This document shows positions 9,427-17,331 of a DNA stretch of 64,000 nt, piece after piece. Source of the DNA: an uncultured Spirochaetaceae bacterium (GTDB lineage Bacteria > Myxococcota_A > UBA9160 > UBA4427); assembly GCA_964435795.1 (NCBI GenBank), contig CAYTAT010000002.1, forward strand, positions 143,898-207,897, written 5' to 3'. Numbering within the stretch: the first letter of the stretch is position 1; every line of letters begins with the position of its first letter. The translations under genes were made by a program, and so were the position numbers. Under the pieces are notes generated by a model, which had not been told where the DNA came from, searched no databases, and saw only the letters and a program-made list of their open reading frames with translations.

Positions 9427-10071
9427 TCATCGGTCGTCCTGCCCGGAAGATCCCCCGGCATCCAAGCGAGTCAATTCAGCCAGGCGCGCCCGGATGCGCT
9501 GGAAGCCCGTGATATGGGTCATGGCGGCGACGAAATAGAGGACCCACCACATCAACTCATGACCGAGAATCGCGGGGGTGAAGGGTGCGGCGACCAATCC
9601 GACGCAGAGGGTGGCCGTGCGTTCGAGGCGTTCGAAGAGATCGGGCAGTCCCCGGCGCCCCTCGCCCGTGGCTCCCAGCATCCCGGCCCTCGCGCTGGCA
9701 TAGCTGGTGATCAACGAGCCGGCGAGGGCCAGACTGGCGGGCAGCCAGAACCCGCTGACCTCGGCGATGGCGAGCAGGATGAAGGCGTCCTTATAACGAT
9801 CCGTCGTGGCGTCGAGGTAGGCCCCCCGTCGGCTGCTGAGCCCGGTCACCCGGGCCACGGCGCCGTCGACGTTGTCCAGCAATTCGATCAGTCCGGCCAG
9901 GAGTCCGAAGACCCAGAGATTCCGGTGTGCGGTGAAGGCGAGGGCATTGGCGGCGCAGAGGAAGAAACCCAGCCAGGTGATCGCATTCGGGGTGATTCCG
10001 GTACGTGCGACCCACTTCCCCACCCGATCCCAGAGTCCATCGAGGGTGGGCTTGTAGAGTTCATCGATCAT
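9427..10071 (-). CDS. CDP-alcohol phosphatidyltransferase family membrane protein
   Basis: Full DGx2ARx8Gx3Dx3D motif (DGAVARVTGLSSRRGAYLDATTD) at 9799-9867; hydrophobic throughout. Start taken at the ATG overlapping the upstream stop (TGATG, 10069-10073). Confidence 0.85.
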   Translation of the reverse strand: MIDELYKPTLDGLWDRVGKWVARTGITPNAITWLGFFLCAANALAFTAHRNLWVFGLLAGLIELLDNVDGAVARVTGLSSRRGAYLDATTDRYKDAFILLAIAEVSGFWLPASLALAGSLITSYASARAGMLGATGEGRRGLPDLFERLERTATLCVGLVAAPFTPAILGHELMWWVLYFVAAMTHITGFQRIRARLAELTRLDAGGSSGQDDR

Positions 10072-11264
10072 CAGTAGCGATCCGAATTCCACATGAAGGG
10101 ATGTCCGATGGGAAGGGCGACCTCGAGCAGGGCCAGGGAGCGCTCGTTCAGCCCCGACGGAATGCTGCCCCCATGCCCGCTGGTGAGGACGCTCCCGATC
10201 GATCGGTAACCGAAGACCAGTTGCAGCAGGTCCCCGGCCGTCAATTCGAGGTCGATCTTCGTACTGCTGCGGCCCTCCGGGTTGAGAAGCAGCCGGCAGT
10301 CGTCTTCGTCACAGCGAATCCCCAGATCGATCTGGGCATCGTGATGACGCGAATCCTGCAAGCGTTCCGTCATCTTTCCGACCAGGCGCCCGAAAAGGCG
10401 CAGGGGGGCAAAGGCGAAAGCGAGGCAGCCCGATTTCTTGTGGTAGATGCTCGAGACCGTGGCCCCGTAGGCGATCGCCGCCTGCGCGAGGGGATGGTCG
10501 GGTGGGAATTTTCCCCTGAGCCGACGCTGATCTCTTTCCCTCGCCAGCGCTGCGAGTTTGAGGAGGGCCATCTCATAGAAGGCGCTTCCCCTGCCCATCA
10601 CCTCGCGGATCTCGATCCCGTTCTCATGCTCGCTGACTCCGATATAGCCCTCGTCGCAGATATAGATGGAGGGGGGGCGGCGGACCAGCCAGGGCCAGAG
10701 GTCTTCGTTTCGGATCAGCGGACCGATGCGATTCCGATTGCCCCCATTGTAGAATTCGATGATCGCAGTGAGGTCGGTGCTCTCATCCCAGGCGCGGAAG
10801 GGATCGTCGTGCAGGAAGGGAATCCTGCGGGTGTCGAGATCGAGATCGTAATCCGCTGCGACGGGAACGGCCCCGATGCGGCGGTAGAAGGCCCCCCGCT
10901 GGCCGAAGCCCAGGGCAAAGTCGAAGGGGCCTTCCCGATTGGCGGCGATCATCTTCAGGGCCACCTCTTTCGCATAGCCCTTGTGGTTGACATCGGGTTC
11001 GGCGGCCACGCCCTGGACGCCGCAGAAGGGGACCTCCAGGCCCTCCATGCACATGCGAAAATTCAGCAGTTGCCACTTGGCCACGATACGCCCATCGAGG
11101 GCGCCGACGTAGCAGTCCTCGGGACGCATGAAGGGGCAATGGTGGTAACCGGCCCGCAGTATCTGGAACATGTCTTCGCGCTCATGGCCGCTGCCGAAGG
11201 TTCGGGCGGTCAGATCTGCGGCCTGGTCGATTTCGTCGTGGCGAAGGGTCCTTACGCTCAGCAT
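10071..11264 (-). CDS. Eis-like GNAT N-acyltransferase with C-terminal SCP2-like region
   Basis: 397 aa. The length and layout match the Eis/GNAT-GNAT-SCP2 architecture (MLSVRTLRHDEIDQAADLTARTFG..., GVQGVAAEPDVNHKGYAKEV). Assignment is by overall resemblance only. Confidence 0.6.
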   Translation of the reverse strand: MLSVRTLRHDEIDQAADLTARTFGSGHEREDMFQILRAGYHHCPFMRPEDCYVGALDGRIVAKWQLLNFRMCMEGLEVPFCGVQGVAAEPDVNHKGYAKEVALKMIAANREGPFDFALGFGQRGAFYRRIGAVPVAADYDLDLDTRRIPFLHDDPFRAWDESTDLTAIIEFYNGGNRNRIGPLIRNEDLWPWLVRRPPSIYICDEGYIGVSEHENGIEIREVMGRGSAFYEMALLKLAALARERDQRRLRGKFPPDHPLAQAAIAYGATVSSIYHKKSGCLAFAFAPLRLFGRLVGKMTERLQDSRHHDAQIDLGIRCDEDDCRLLLNPEGRSSTKIDLELTAGDLLQLVFGYRSIGSVLTSGHGGSIPSGLNERSLALLEVALPIGHPFMWNSDRY

Positions 11265-11600
11265 CGCCGAGAGGTTAACCCCGCAGGCTCAGCCACACCC
11301 GTCCCCAGCTCGGCCCGCGGATGTCGTCTCCAAGGCGCGGGAAGGCCAGTCGGGTTGGGCTGTGATAGCCTCTCGCCGGGTCATTTCTGGTCCATGGCAG
11401 CCTCGAGGGATTCGCCACCATTCGCTTCGAGGAGAAAACGTTCTCGCCGCCGATTGGAAGCTGGTTACAGAATGCGGGCAGGCCCGTGTCGATCTTTTCC
11501 GGTGGGGAAGGGGCCCGACCGAGGGGCATAGACCCCCTGGGCCGGGGGCTGACGGGCGGCTCCATGGGGCTGTGGCTCCCGAGGGAGAGAAGTCTCGAAA

Positions 11601-13226
11601 ATGCGTCAAAACAGTACCTTGGCAAGCAATTCGAAGAAACTCCGCGAGCTTCTGGAAAGCCCCCGAGTCGAGCAGATCCTGGAGGCCCATAACGCCCTCT
11701 CCGCCACGATCGCGGAAGAGGCCGGGATCTCCGGGCTCTGGGCCAGTTCGCTGACGCTCTCCTGTGCGGCGGGTCTGCGCGACAACAGCGAATTGACGAT
11801 GACCGAAGTGCTGGACCTGCTCGAGACGATTACCGCCCGAGTGGAGATTCCGATTCTTTTCGATGGCGATACGGGCTACGGCCAGTTCAGCCATTTCCAG
11901 CAGTTGGTACGGAAGCTCTGCCTGCGCCGGGTAGGGGGGGTGTGCATCGAGGATAAGGTCTTTCCGAAGACGAATTCCTTCCTGCGATCCGAGAGCCAGC
12001 AGTTGGCCTCGATCGAGGAATTCGCGGGCAAGATCCGGGCTGGAAAGGATGCCCAGACGGATCCCGATTTCGTGATCGCCGCCCGCACCGAGGCCCTGAT
12101 CGTCGGCCTCGATACGGCGGCGGCCATCGAGCGCGCCGAGCGCTATGTCGACGCGGGTGCGGATGCCGTCCTGATCCATTCGAAGGAACGCACCTTTTCC
12201 CAGGTGCAGGATTTCATGTCGAAATGGAGCGGGCGCGCTCCCGTCATCTGTGTGCCGACGACCTATTACAGTACGCCCATCGAGGTCTTCGAACAGGCGG
12301 GCATCTCCCTCCTCATCTGGGCCAACCATATGCTGCGCGCGGGAATTGGATCCATGCAGAATGTCGCCCGCGAGATCGTTCGAGCCGGCACCGCTCGCGA
12401 TCTCGAGGATTCGATCGCCCCCGTCAAGGAAGTTTTTCGACTCCAGGACGCCGATGGTCTGCTGCAGGGGGAGAGGGAATATCTCCATCGGGCGGCGAAT
12501 TGCTCGGCCGTCGTACTCGCCGCGTCCCGGGGCACGGGCATGGACGAATTGACCCTCGACCGCCCGAAGGCCATGGTTCCGATCGCGGGGACGCCCGCGA
12601 TCGAGAAGATGCTCCAGAGCATGCGAGCCGAGGGCATCAAGGATATTTCCATCGTCCGCGGCTACAAGCCCGAGGCCCTCGCTCCCGGGGGTGTGCGCTT
12701 CTTCGACCACGAGCGCTGGGAAGAAAACGGCCTGCTCGGTTCCCTGGAGGCGGCGCGGGAAGCCCTCGAGGGCGAGGTGGTGATCGCCTACGGAGACGTG
12801 GTCTTCAAGCGTTACCTGCTGCATCTGCTGCTCGCCTCGGACGCTTCGATCACCATCGTGGTGGATGCATCGCGTCGCTTCCTCGAGACGGGCCGCGGGG
12901 CGGATCGCGTCCGGGTTTCCGGCCCGCCGGCGAATGCCTTCGAGGAATCGGAGAATTATCTCGAGGCGATGGCCCCAGATCTGGCCGACGATGCCGCGGA
13001 TGGCGAGTGGATCGGGATGCTGAGGGTGCGGGGCGAGGGGATGGAGGCATTCCTGGAGGCCCTGGACGAGGTGCGCGCGCGCCCCGACGGCCGCGAACTC
13101 GATCTCTGTCTGGTATTGACTCGGCTGGCCGAGAGGGATCCCCGATCGGTGAGGGTGATCTACGTGCAGGGGGATTGGATCGATCTCAATAGTCTCACCG
13201 ACGTGGCCCGGAGCGGAGATGTCTGA
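11601..13226 (+). CDS. pepM: Phosphoenolpyruvate mutase fused to a C-terminal nucleotidyl(cytidylyl)transferase domain
   Basis: PepM signature EDKVFPKTNS (EDKX5NS) at 11949-11978, with ILFDGDTGYG upstream. The C-terminal half has NTP-transferase-like AVVLAASRGTGMDELTLDRPKAMVPIAG. 541 aa. Confidence 0.9.
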   Translation: MRQNSTLASNSKKLRELLESPRVEQILEAHNALSATIAEEAGISGLWASSLTLSCAAGLRDNSELTMTEVLDLLETITARVEIPILFDGDTGYGQFSHFQQLVRKLCLRRVGGVCIEDKVFPKTNSFLRSESQQLASIEEFAGKIRAGKDAQTDPDFVIAARTEALIVGLDTAAAIERAERYVDAGADAVLIHSKERTFSQVQDFMSKWSGRAPVICVPTTYYSTPIEVFEQAGISLLIWANHMLRAGIGSMQNVAREIVRAGTARDLEDSIAPVKEVFRLQDADGLLQGEREYLHRAANCSAVVLAASRGTGMDELTLDRPKAMVPIAGTPAIEKMLQSMRAEGIKDISIVRGYKPEALAPGGVRFFDHERWEENGLLGSLEAAREALEGEVVIAYGDVVFKRYLLHLLLASDASITIVVDASRRFLETGRGADRVRVSGPPANAFEESENYLEAMAPDLADDAADGEWIGMLRVRGEGMEAFLEALDEVRARPDGRELDLCLVLTRLAERDPRSVRVIYVQGDWIDLNSLTDVARSGDV

Positions 13227-13252
13227 TCGGGAGAGCGCCTTCCCGCCGCACG

Positions 13253-14443
13253 ATGCAGGAGGTTCCGGGCTTGCCCCTTGACGCGCAACTCTTCTTCGGA
13301 GCCTTGCGCGAGGCTGGGGTGAAGGGCTTCGCGGGCGTTCCCTGTTCGATCCTCACGGATCTGATTCTGGAGGCCGAGGGATCCGAGGAGGTCGACTACA
13401 TCCCGGCATCGGTGGAGGGGGAGGCCGTCTGTGCTGCGGCGGGGATGTGGCTGGCCGGAGGTCTCGGCGCCGCCTTGATGCAGAATTCCGGTCTGGGCAA
13501 TGCGATCAATCCCCTCGCCTCTCTCTGCATTCCCTACCAGGTGCCCGCCCTCGTGATCGTCTCCTGGCGCGGTGAGCCCGGAAGCCAGGACGCCGTTCAC
13601 CATCATCCGATGGGCGAGGCGACCCCTGGGCTCCTCGAATCCCTTGGGATCCCCGCCACGATTCTGAGGGAATCGACGGATCTCGAGGCGGCCGTGGCGG
13701 ATGCCGTGGCCCATCTCCGGAAGGAACGTCGGCCCTCGGCCCTGATCGTTCCCCGCGGCGTTTTCGCCAAGAGCGGGCGGGCGAGCGGGGGCAGAGTTCC
13801 GCCGGCGGTTTCGAATGCGGAAGGCGGACGGGCGGGCGTGCCTCGGCGCTTCAGGGGCGGCGAATTGCCTTCGCGTAGCGAATTCCTGGCCGCCTGGCTG
13901 GAGCGTTTTCCCGAGGTTGCGGCGGTGTCCACGACGGGCTTCATGTCCAGGGAATTGGCCGCCCGGGGTCTGCTCGATCGACACTTTCCCATGCAGGGAT
14001 CGATGGGATTCGCCGCGGCGATCGCCCTCGGAATTTCGCGAACGCTTCCCGAACGCTCGCTGCACGTTCTCGACGGCGACGGGGCCCTGATCATGCGCAT
14101 GGGCAGCCTGGCCACGATCGGTGCCCTGGCACCCCGACGCCTGGCGCATATCGTCGTGGACAACGGCACCTACGCTTCGACGGGTGGGCAGTTGACGGTT
14201 TCGCCCTGGGTTGATTTTGCCGAAGTCGCCCTGGCCTGTGGCTATGTGGGCGCGGCCCGTTGCTGCGGTCGCGAGGGCCTCGGAACGGCCCTCGATTGGC
14301 TGGCGGATCAGCGGGGCAGCGGTCCACTATTGCTGCACGTATCGGTCGATGAGCGCGAGAGCGAGGGTCTGGCGCGTCCCGAACTCTCGCCCCCGGAAAT
14401 TGCCCAGGTCTTTCGCGATGGGGTGGGCGGACTTTCGGAATGA
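13253..14443 (+). CDS. ppd: Phosphonopyruvate decarboxylase (ThDP-dependent)
   Basis: ThDP motif GDGALIMRMGSLATIG...VVDNG at 14075-14164. N-terminal pyrimidine-binding half is GVPCSILTDL..EGEAV. Lies directly after pepM. Confidence 0.85.
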   Translation: MQEVPGLPLDAQLFFGALREAGVKGFAGVPCSILTDLILEAEGSEEVDYIPASVEGEAVCAAAGMWLAGGLGAALMQNSGLGNAINPLASLCIPYQVPALVIVSWRGEPGSQDAVHHHPMGEATPGLLESLGIPATILRESTDLEAAVADAVAHLRKERRPSALIVPRGVFAKSGRASGGRVPPAVSNAEGGRAGVPRRFRGGELPSRSEFLAAWLERFPEVAAVSTTGFMSRELAARGLLDRHFPMQGSMGFAAAIALGISRTLPERSLHVLDGDGALIMRMGSLATIGALAPRRLAHIVVDNGTYASTGGQLTVSPWVDFAEVALACGYVGAARCCGREGLGTALDWLADQRGSGPLLLHVSVDERESEGLARPELSPPEIAQVFRDGVGGLSE

Positions 14444-15225
14444 GCTCGGGACCGACGCTGGCGGTCATTCTGGCCGCGGGAATGGGAACCCGCCTCGAAG
14501 GACTCTTCTCCGACCGACCCAAGGGCTTCATCGAGATCGAAGGGGAGTCGCTGATCGCACGTTCCATTCGCCTCCTGCAGCAGCGTGGGATTTCGCGTGT
14601 CCTGATCGTCGTCGGTCATCTCGCCGGGGTCTACGAGGCATGGGCGCAGGAAAGGACGGGGGTCGAGACGGTACTGAATCCCGCCTATGCGGAGACCGGG
14701 AGCATGGCTTCCCTGGCCTGCGCTCTCGAGTACGTCGAAGAGGATTTTCTGCTTCTCGAGAGCGATCTCTTCTACGAGGAGCGCGCCCTCGATGCCCTGC
14801 TCGCCGGAGACGCGCCCGATGTCCTATTGGCTTCGGCGCCGACCGGGGCCACGGATGAGGTCTGGATCGAAACGGATGAGCGTGGGCTCTGCGGGATGTC
14901 CAAGGAAGCCGAGGAACTGAATTCGGTCTTTGGCGAATTGGTGGGCATGGTGCGCATCTCGCATCCGCTGGCCCGGATCATGTCGCGCGCCTACGCGGAT
15001 TTCGTAGCCGAGCGGGGGCATGGAAGAATGGCTTACGAGATGGACGCCCTGGTGGAGGCGAGTCGTTCGCGTGTCGTGGAGGTACGCCTGGTTCCGGATC
15101 TGCTCTGGGGTGAGGTGGATTACGAGAGTCATTATCTGCGAGTGCGCGACAAGGTTGCTCCCCTATGCGCCCCGAATCCAGGGGCGGGTCGCGATCTGGC
15201 GACCTCCGATGAGTCGATGGAGTGA
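14440..15225 (+). CDS. LicC-like nucleotidyltransferase (phospho-alcohol/sugar-phosphate cytidylyl- or nucleotidyl-transferase)
   Basis: N-terminal AVILAAGMGTRL loop, 261 aa. ATGA overlap with the ppd stop (14440-14443). Confidence 0.75.
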   Translation: MSSGPTLAVILAAGMGTRLEGLFSDRPKGFIEIEGESLIARSIRLLQQRGISRVLIVVGHLAGVYEAWAQERTGVETVLNPAYAETGSMASLACALEYVEEDFLLLESDLFYEERALDALLAGDAPDVLLASAPTGATDEVWIETDERGLCGMSKEAEELNSVFGELVGMVRISHPLARIMSRAYADFVAERGHGRMAYEMDALVEASRSRVVEVRLVPDLLWGEVDYESHYLRVRDKVAPLCAPNPGAGRDLATSDESME

Positions 15226-15229
15226 TGAG

Positions 15230-16351
15230 ATGAAGTCGATCGAACGAAAGATCCTGCTGAACCCGGGGCCGGCCACCACGACGGATAGTGTCAAGGCGGC
15301 CCTGCTGATTCCGGATATCTGTCCCCGCGAGAAGAGCTTCTGCGAGTTGTACGCGGATGTGCGTCGGCGGCTGGCCCGGGCGGCGGGGGATCCCGAAGAA
15401 GTCGCTGCGATTCCCCTGGTGGGCAGTGGCACGACCATCCTCGAGGCCGGTCTGGTGAGCTTGATCCCGCCGATGGGTCGGGTCGTGATCCTGGATAACG
15501 GGGATTATGGTCGACGCCTGGCCGCGATCGCGGCGGCCCATCGGATCGACCATCGGGTCGTGGAGATGGACTGGGGTCGGCCGATCGATTTTGATCGCCT
15601 GGACACAATCCTGGCGGAAGAGGAGGGTCGCGCTTCCCACCTCTTTGCGATCCATCACGAAACGAGTTCCGGATTGCTGAACCCCCTGGATTCCCTGATC
15701 GAATCCGCGCATCGCCGGGGCCTCAAATTGATGCTCGACGCCATGTCGAGTTTCGCCGCATTGCCGATTCGGGTAGGCGCAGGGGCGGTGGACATCCTCT
15801 TCAGCAGTTCGAATAAATGCCTGCAGGGAATGGCGGGCCTAGGCATCGCGATTCTTCGCCGCTGCCTGATCGACGAATTGCGCGGGACGGATCGGCACTG
15901 CTATGTGCTGGATCTCGTCGCCGAGCACGACCATCTCGAGCAGACGGGGCAGAGTCGTTTCACCGTTCCGCCCCAGGTGGTTTCAGCACTCCATCAGGCG
16001 TTGCTCGAATTCGAGAGCGAGGGCCTCGAGGGTCGCCAGAAGCGCTACCAGGAGAGCATGCGGGTGCTGAGGAAGGGCCTGGCCGACCTCGGTTTCGACT
16101 CGCTACTCGAGGATGAGCATCAGAGCGGGATCCTGGTGGCGATCCGGGCACCGCAAGCCCCCTGGTACGACTTCGATCATATGCACGACGCCCTCGATCA
16201 GCAGGGCTTCACGATCTATCCCGGCAAACCCGGTGCGGAAGCCACCTTTCGGCTGGCGGTGCTCGGGGCGATCGATGCGGGGGATATCGAGGCCTTCCTG
16301 CTGGCCCTGGGTCGCTATCTTGAGAAGTTGAAGGGAAGCGCAGCATCTTGA
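15230..16351 (+). CDS. phnW: 2-aminoethylphosphonate:pyruvate aminotransferase (class V aminotransferase)
   Basis: LLNPGPATTTDSVKAAL N-terminus and SSSNKCLQGMAGLG (PLP lysine). Start is the ATG at 15230, 4 nt after the upstream stop. Context is pepM-ppd. Confidence 0.85.
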   Translation: MKSIERKILLNPGPATTTDSVKAALLIPDICPREKSFCELYADVRRRLARAAGDPEEVAAIPLVGSGTTILEAGLVSLIPPMGRVVILDNGDYGRRLAAIAAAHRIDHRVVEMDWGRPIDFDRLDTILAEEEGRASHLFAIHHETSSGLLNPLDSLIESAHRRGLKLMLDAMSSFAALPIRVGAGAVDILFSSSNKCLQGMAGLGIAILRRCLIDELRGTDRHCYVLDLVAEHDHLEQTGQSRFTVPPQVVSALHQALLEFESEGLEGRQKRYQESMRVLRKGLADLGFDSLLEDEHQSGILVAIRAPQAPWYDFDHMHDALDQQGFTIYPGKPGAEATFRLAVLGAIDAGDIEAFLLALGRYLEKLKGSAAS

Positions 16352-17256
16352 AGGAGGAGATCGCCGTCCGCCTCCTCTGGACCTTGGGAAGCCTCTTCGC
16401 CATCGCCGGGGCTGGGGTCGGGATTCATTGGGCCTGGCGCGGACGTCGCGCCGGCCAGTCGCGAATGGGAACGCGTTTCGGATTGGAGGTGCTCTTCCTC
16501 GCCGCCATCTGGTTGCCCGCCTATTGGGGCGGGCCCTGGCTGCTGGGGGCGGTGCTGGCGCTCGGCCTTCTCTGCGCCCGGGAACTCTACGGAACATTCG
16601 AGCGGGGAGGGGAGTCGCCGTGGCCGGGCTGGGGCGGCGCACTCGGGGTCCTGATTCTTCTGATCGTCTACCTGCGGCCGGGAGTGATCGGCTGGCTCTT
16701 TCCGCTGCTCGTGATCCTCTACCAGGGGCTCCGCTGGGGGGCTCTCGCACACCCTGAATCCATCCTGCCGCGAATGCGTTCGACTGCATTCGGACTTCTC
16801 TATCCCTTTGCCTGCCTGGCTTTCTTCCTGGAGTTGGGCCTGCGAGAGGACGGTTTCGGTTACGCGATTCTCTTCTACGGCATTTGCGAGGCCCAGGATT
16901 CCGCCGGTTACCTGGTGGGCAGCAGCATCGGCAGGCGCAGGATCTTCCCGCGACTCAGCCCCGGCAAGACCGCGGAGGGAGTCGCCGGGGGAATCCTCTT
17001 CGCGATCGCGGTGGCCTTCGCTTTTTCATTTGCCGTGCCGGAATTCGATTCCCTGCGCCTGGCAGCGGCGGCCATCCTGATCGCCTGCGCGGGGCTTGCG
17101 GGGGATCTCTTCGCCTCGCGGCTGAAGCGCAGGGCCGGAGTCAAGGATTACGGCGACCTGATTCCCACCCAGGGAGGGGTATTGGATGTTTACGACGCGT
17201 TCATCTTCGTCGCCCCCGTCTTCTACTACTTCCTCGAGTTGACGGGATCCGGCTGA
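16348..17256 (+). CDS. Phosphatidate cytidylyltransferase (CdsA / CTP-transferase-1) family membrane protein
   Basis: SPGKTAEG motif; polytopic hydrophobic protein. TTG start overlaps the phnW stop (TTGA, 16348-16351). Confidence 0.8.
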   Translation: MKEEIAVRLLWTLGSLFAIAGAGVGIHWAWRGRRAGQSRMGTRFGLEVLFLAAIWLPAYWGGPWLLGAVLALGLLCARELYGTFERGGESPWPGWGGALGVLILLIVYLRPGVIGWLFPLLVILYQGLRWGALAHPESILPRMRSTAFGLLYPFACLAFFLELGLREDGFGYAILFYGICEAQDSAGYLVGSSIGRRRIFPRLSPGKTAEGVAGGILFAIAVAFAFSFAVPEFDSLRLAAAAILIACAGLAGDLFASRLKRRAGVKDYGDLIPTQGGVLDVYDAFIFVAPVFYYFLELTGSG

Positions 17257-17331
17257 GATCACTCGGGGCCGACGGATCGACGCAGAAGGCTCGTCTCATG
17301 GGCCGAGCGAATCTTCAGGGATCGCTGGGCG

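Noticed and set aside
7836-9461. 541-aa minus-strand ORF
   Set aside because: It is antisense to the TolC-family gene and has no motifs.
11289-12824. 511-aa minus-strand ORF (and 10005..11531 on the + strand)
   Set aside because: They are antisense to pepM and to the GNAT gene respectively. The sense genes carry diagnostic motifs and these do not.
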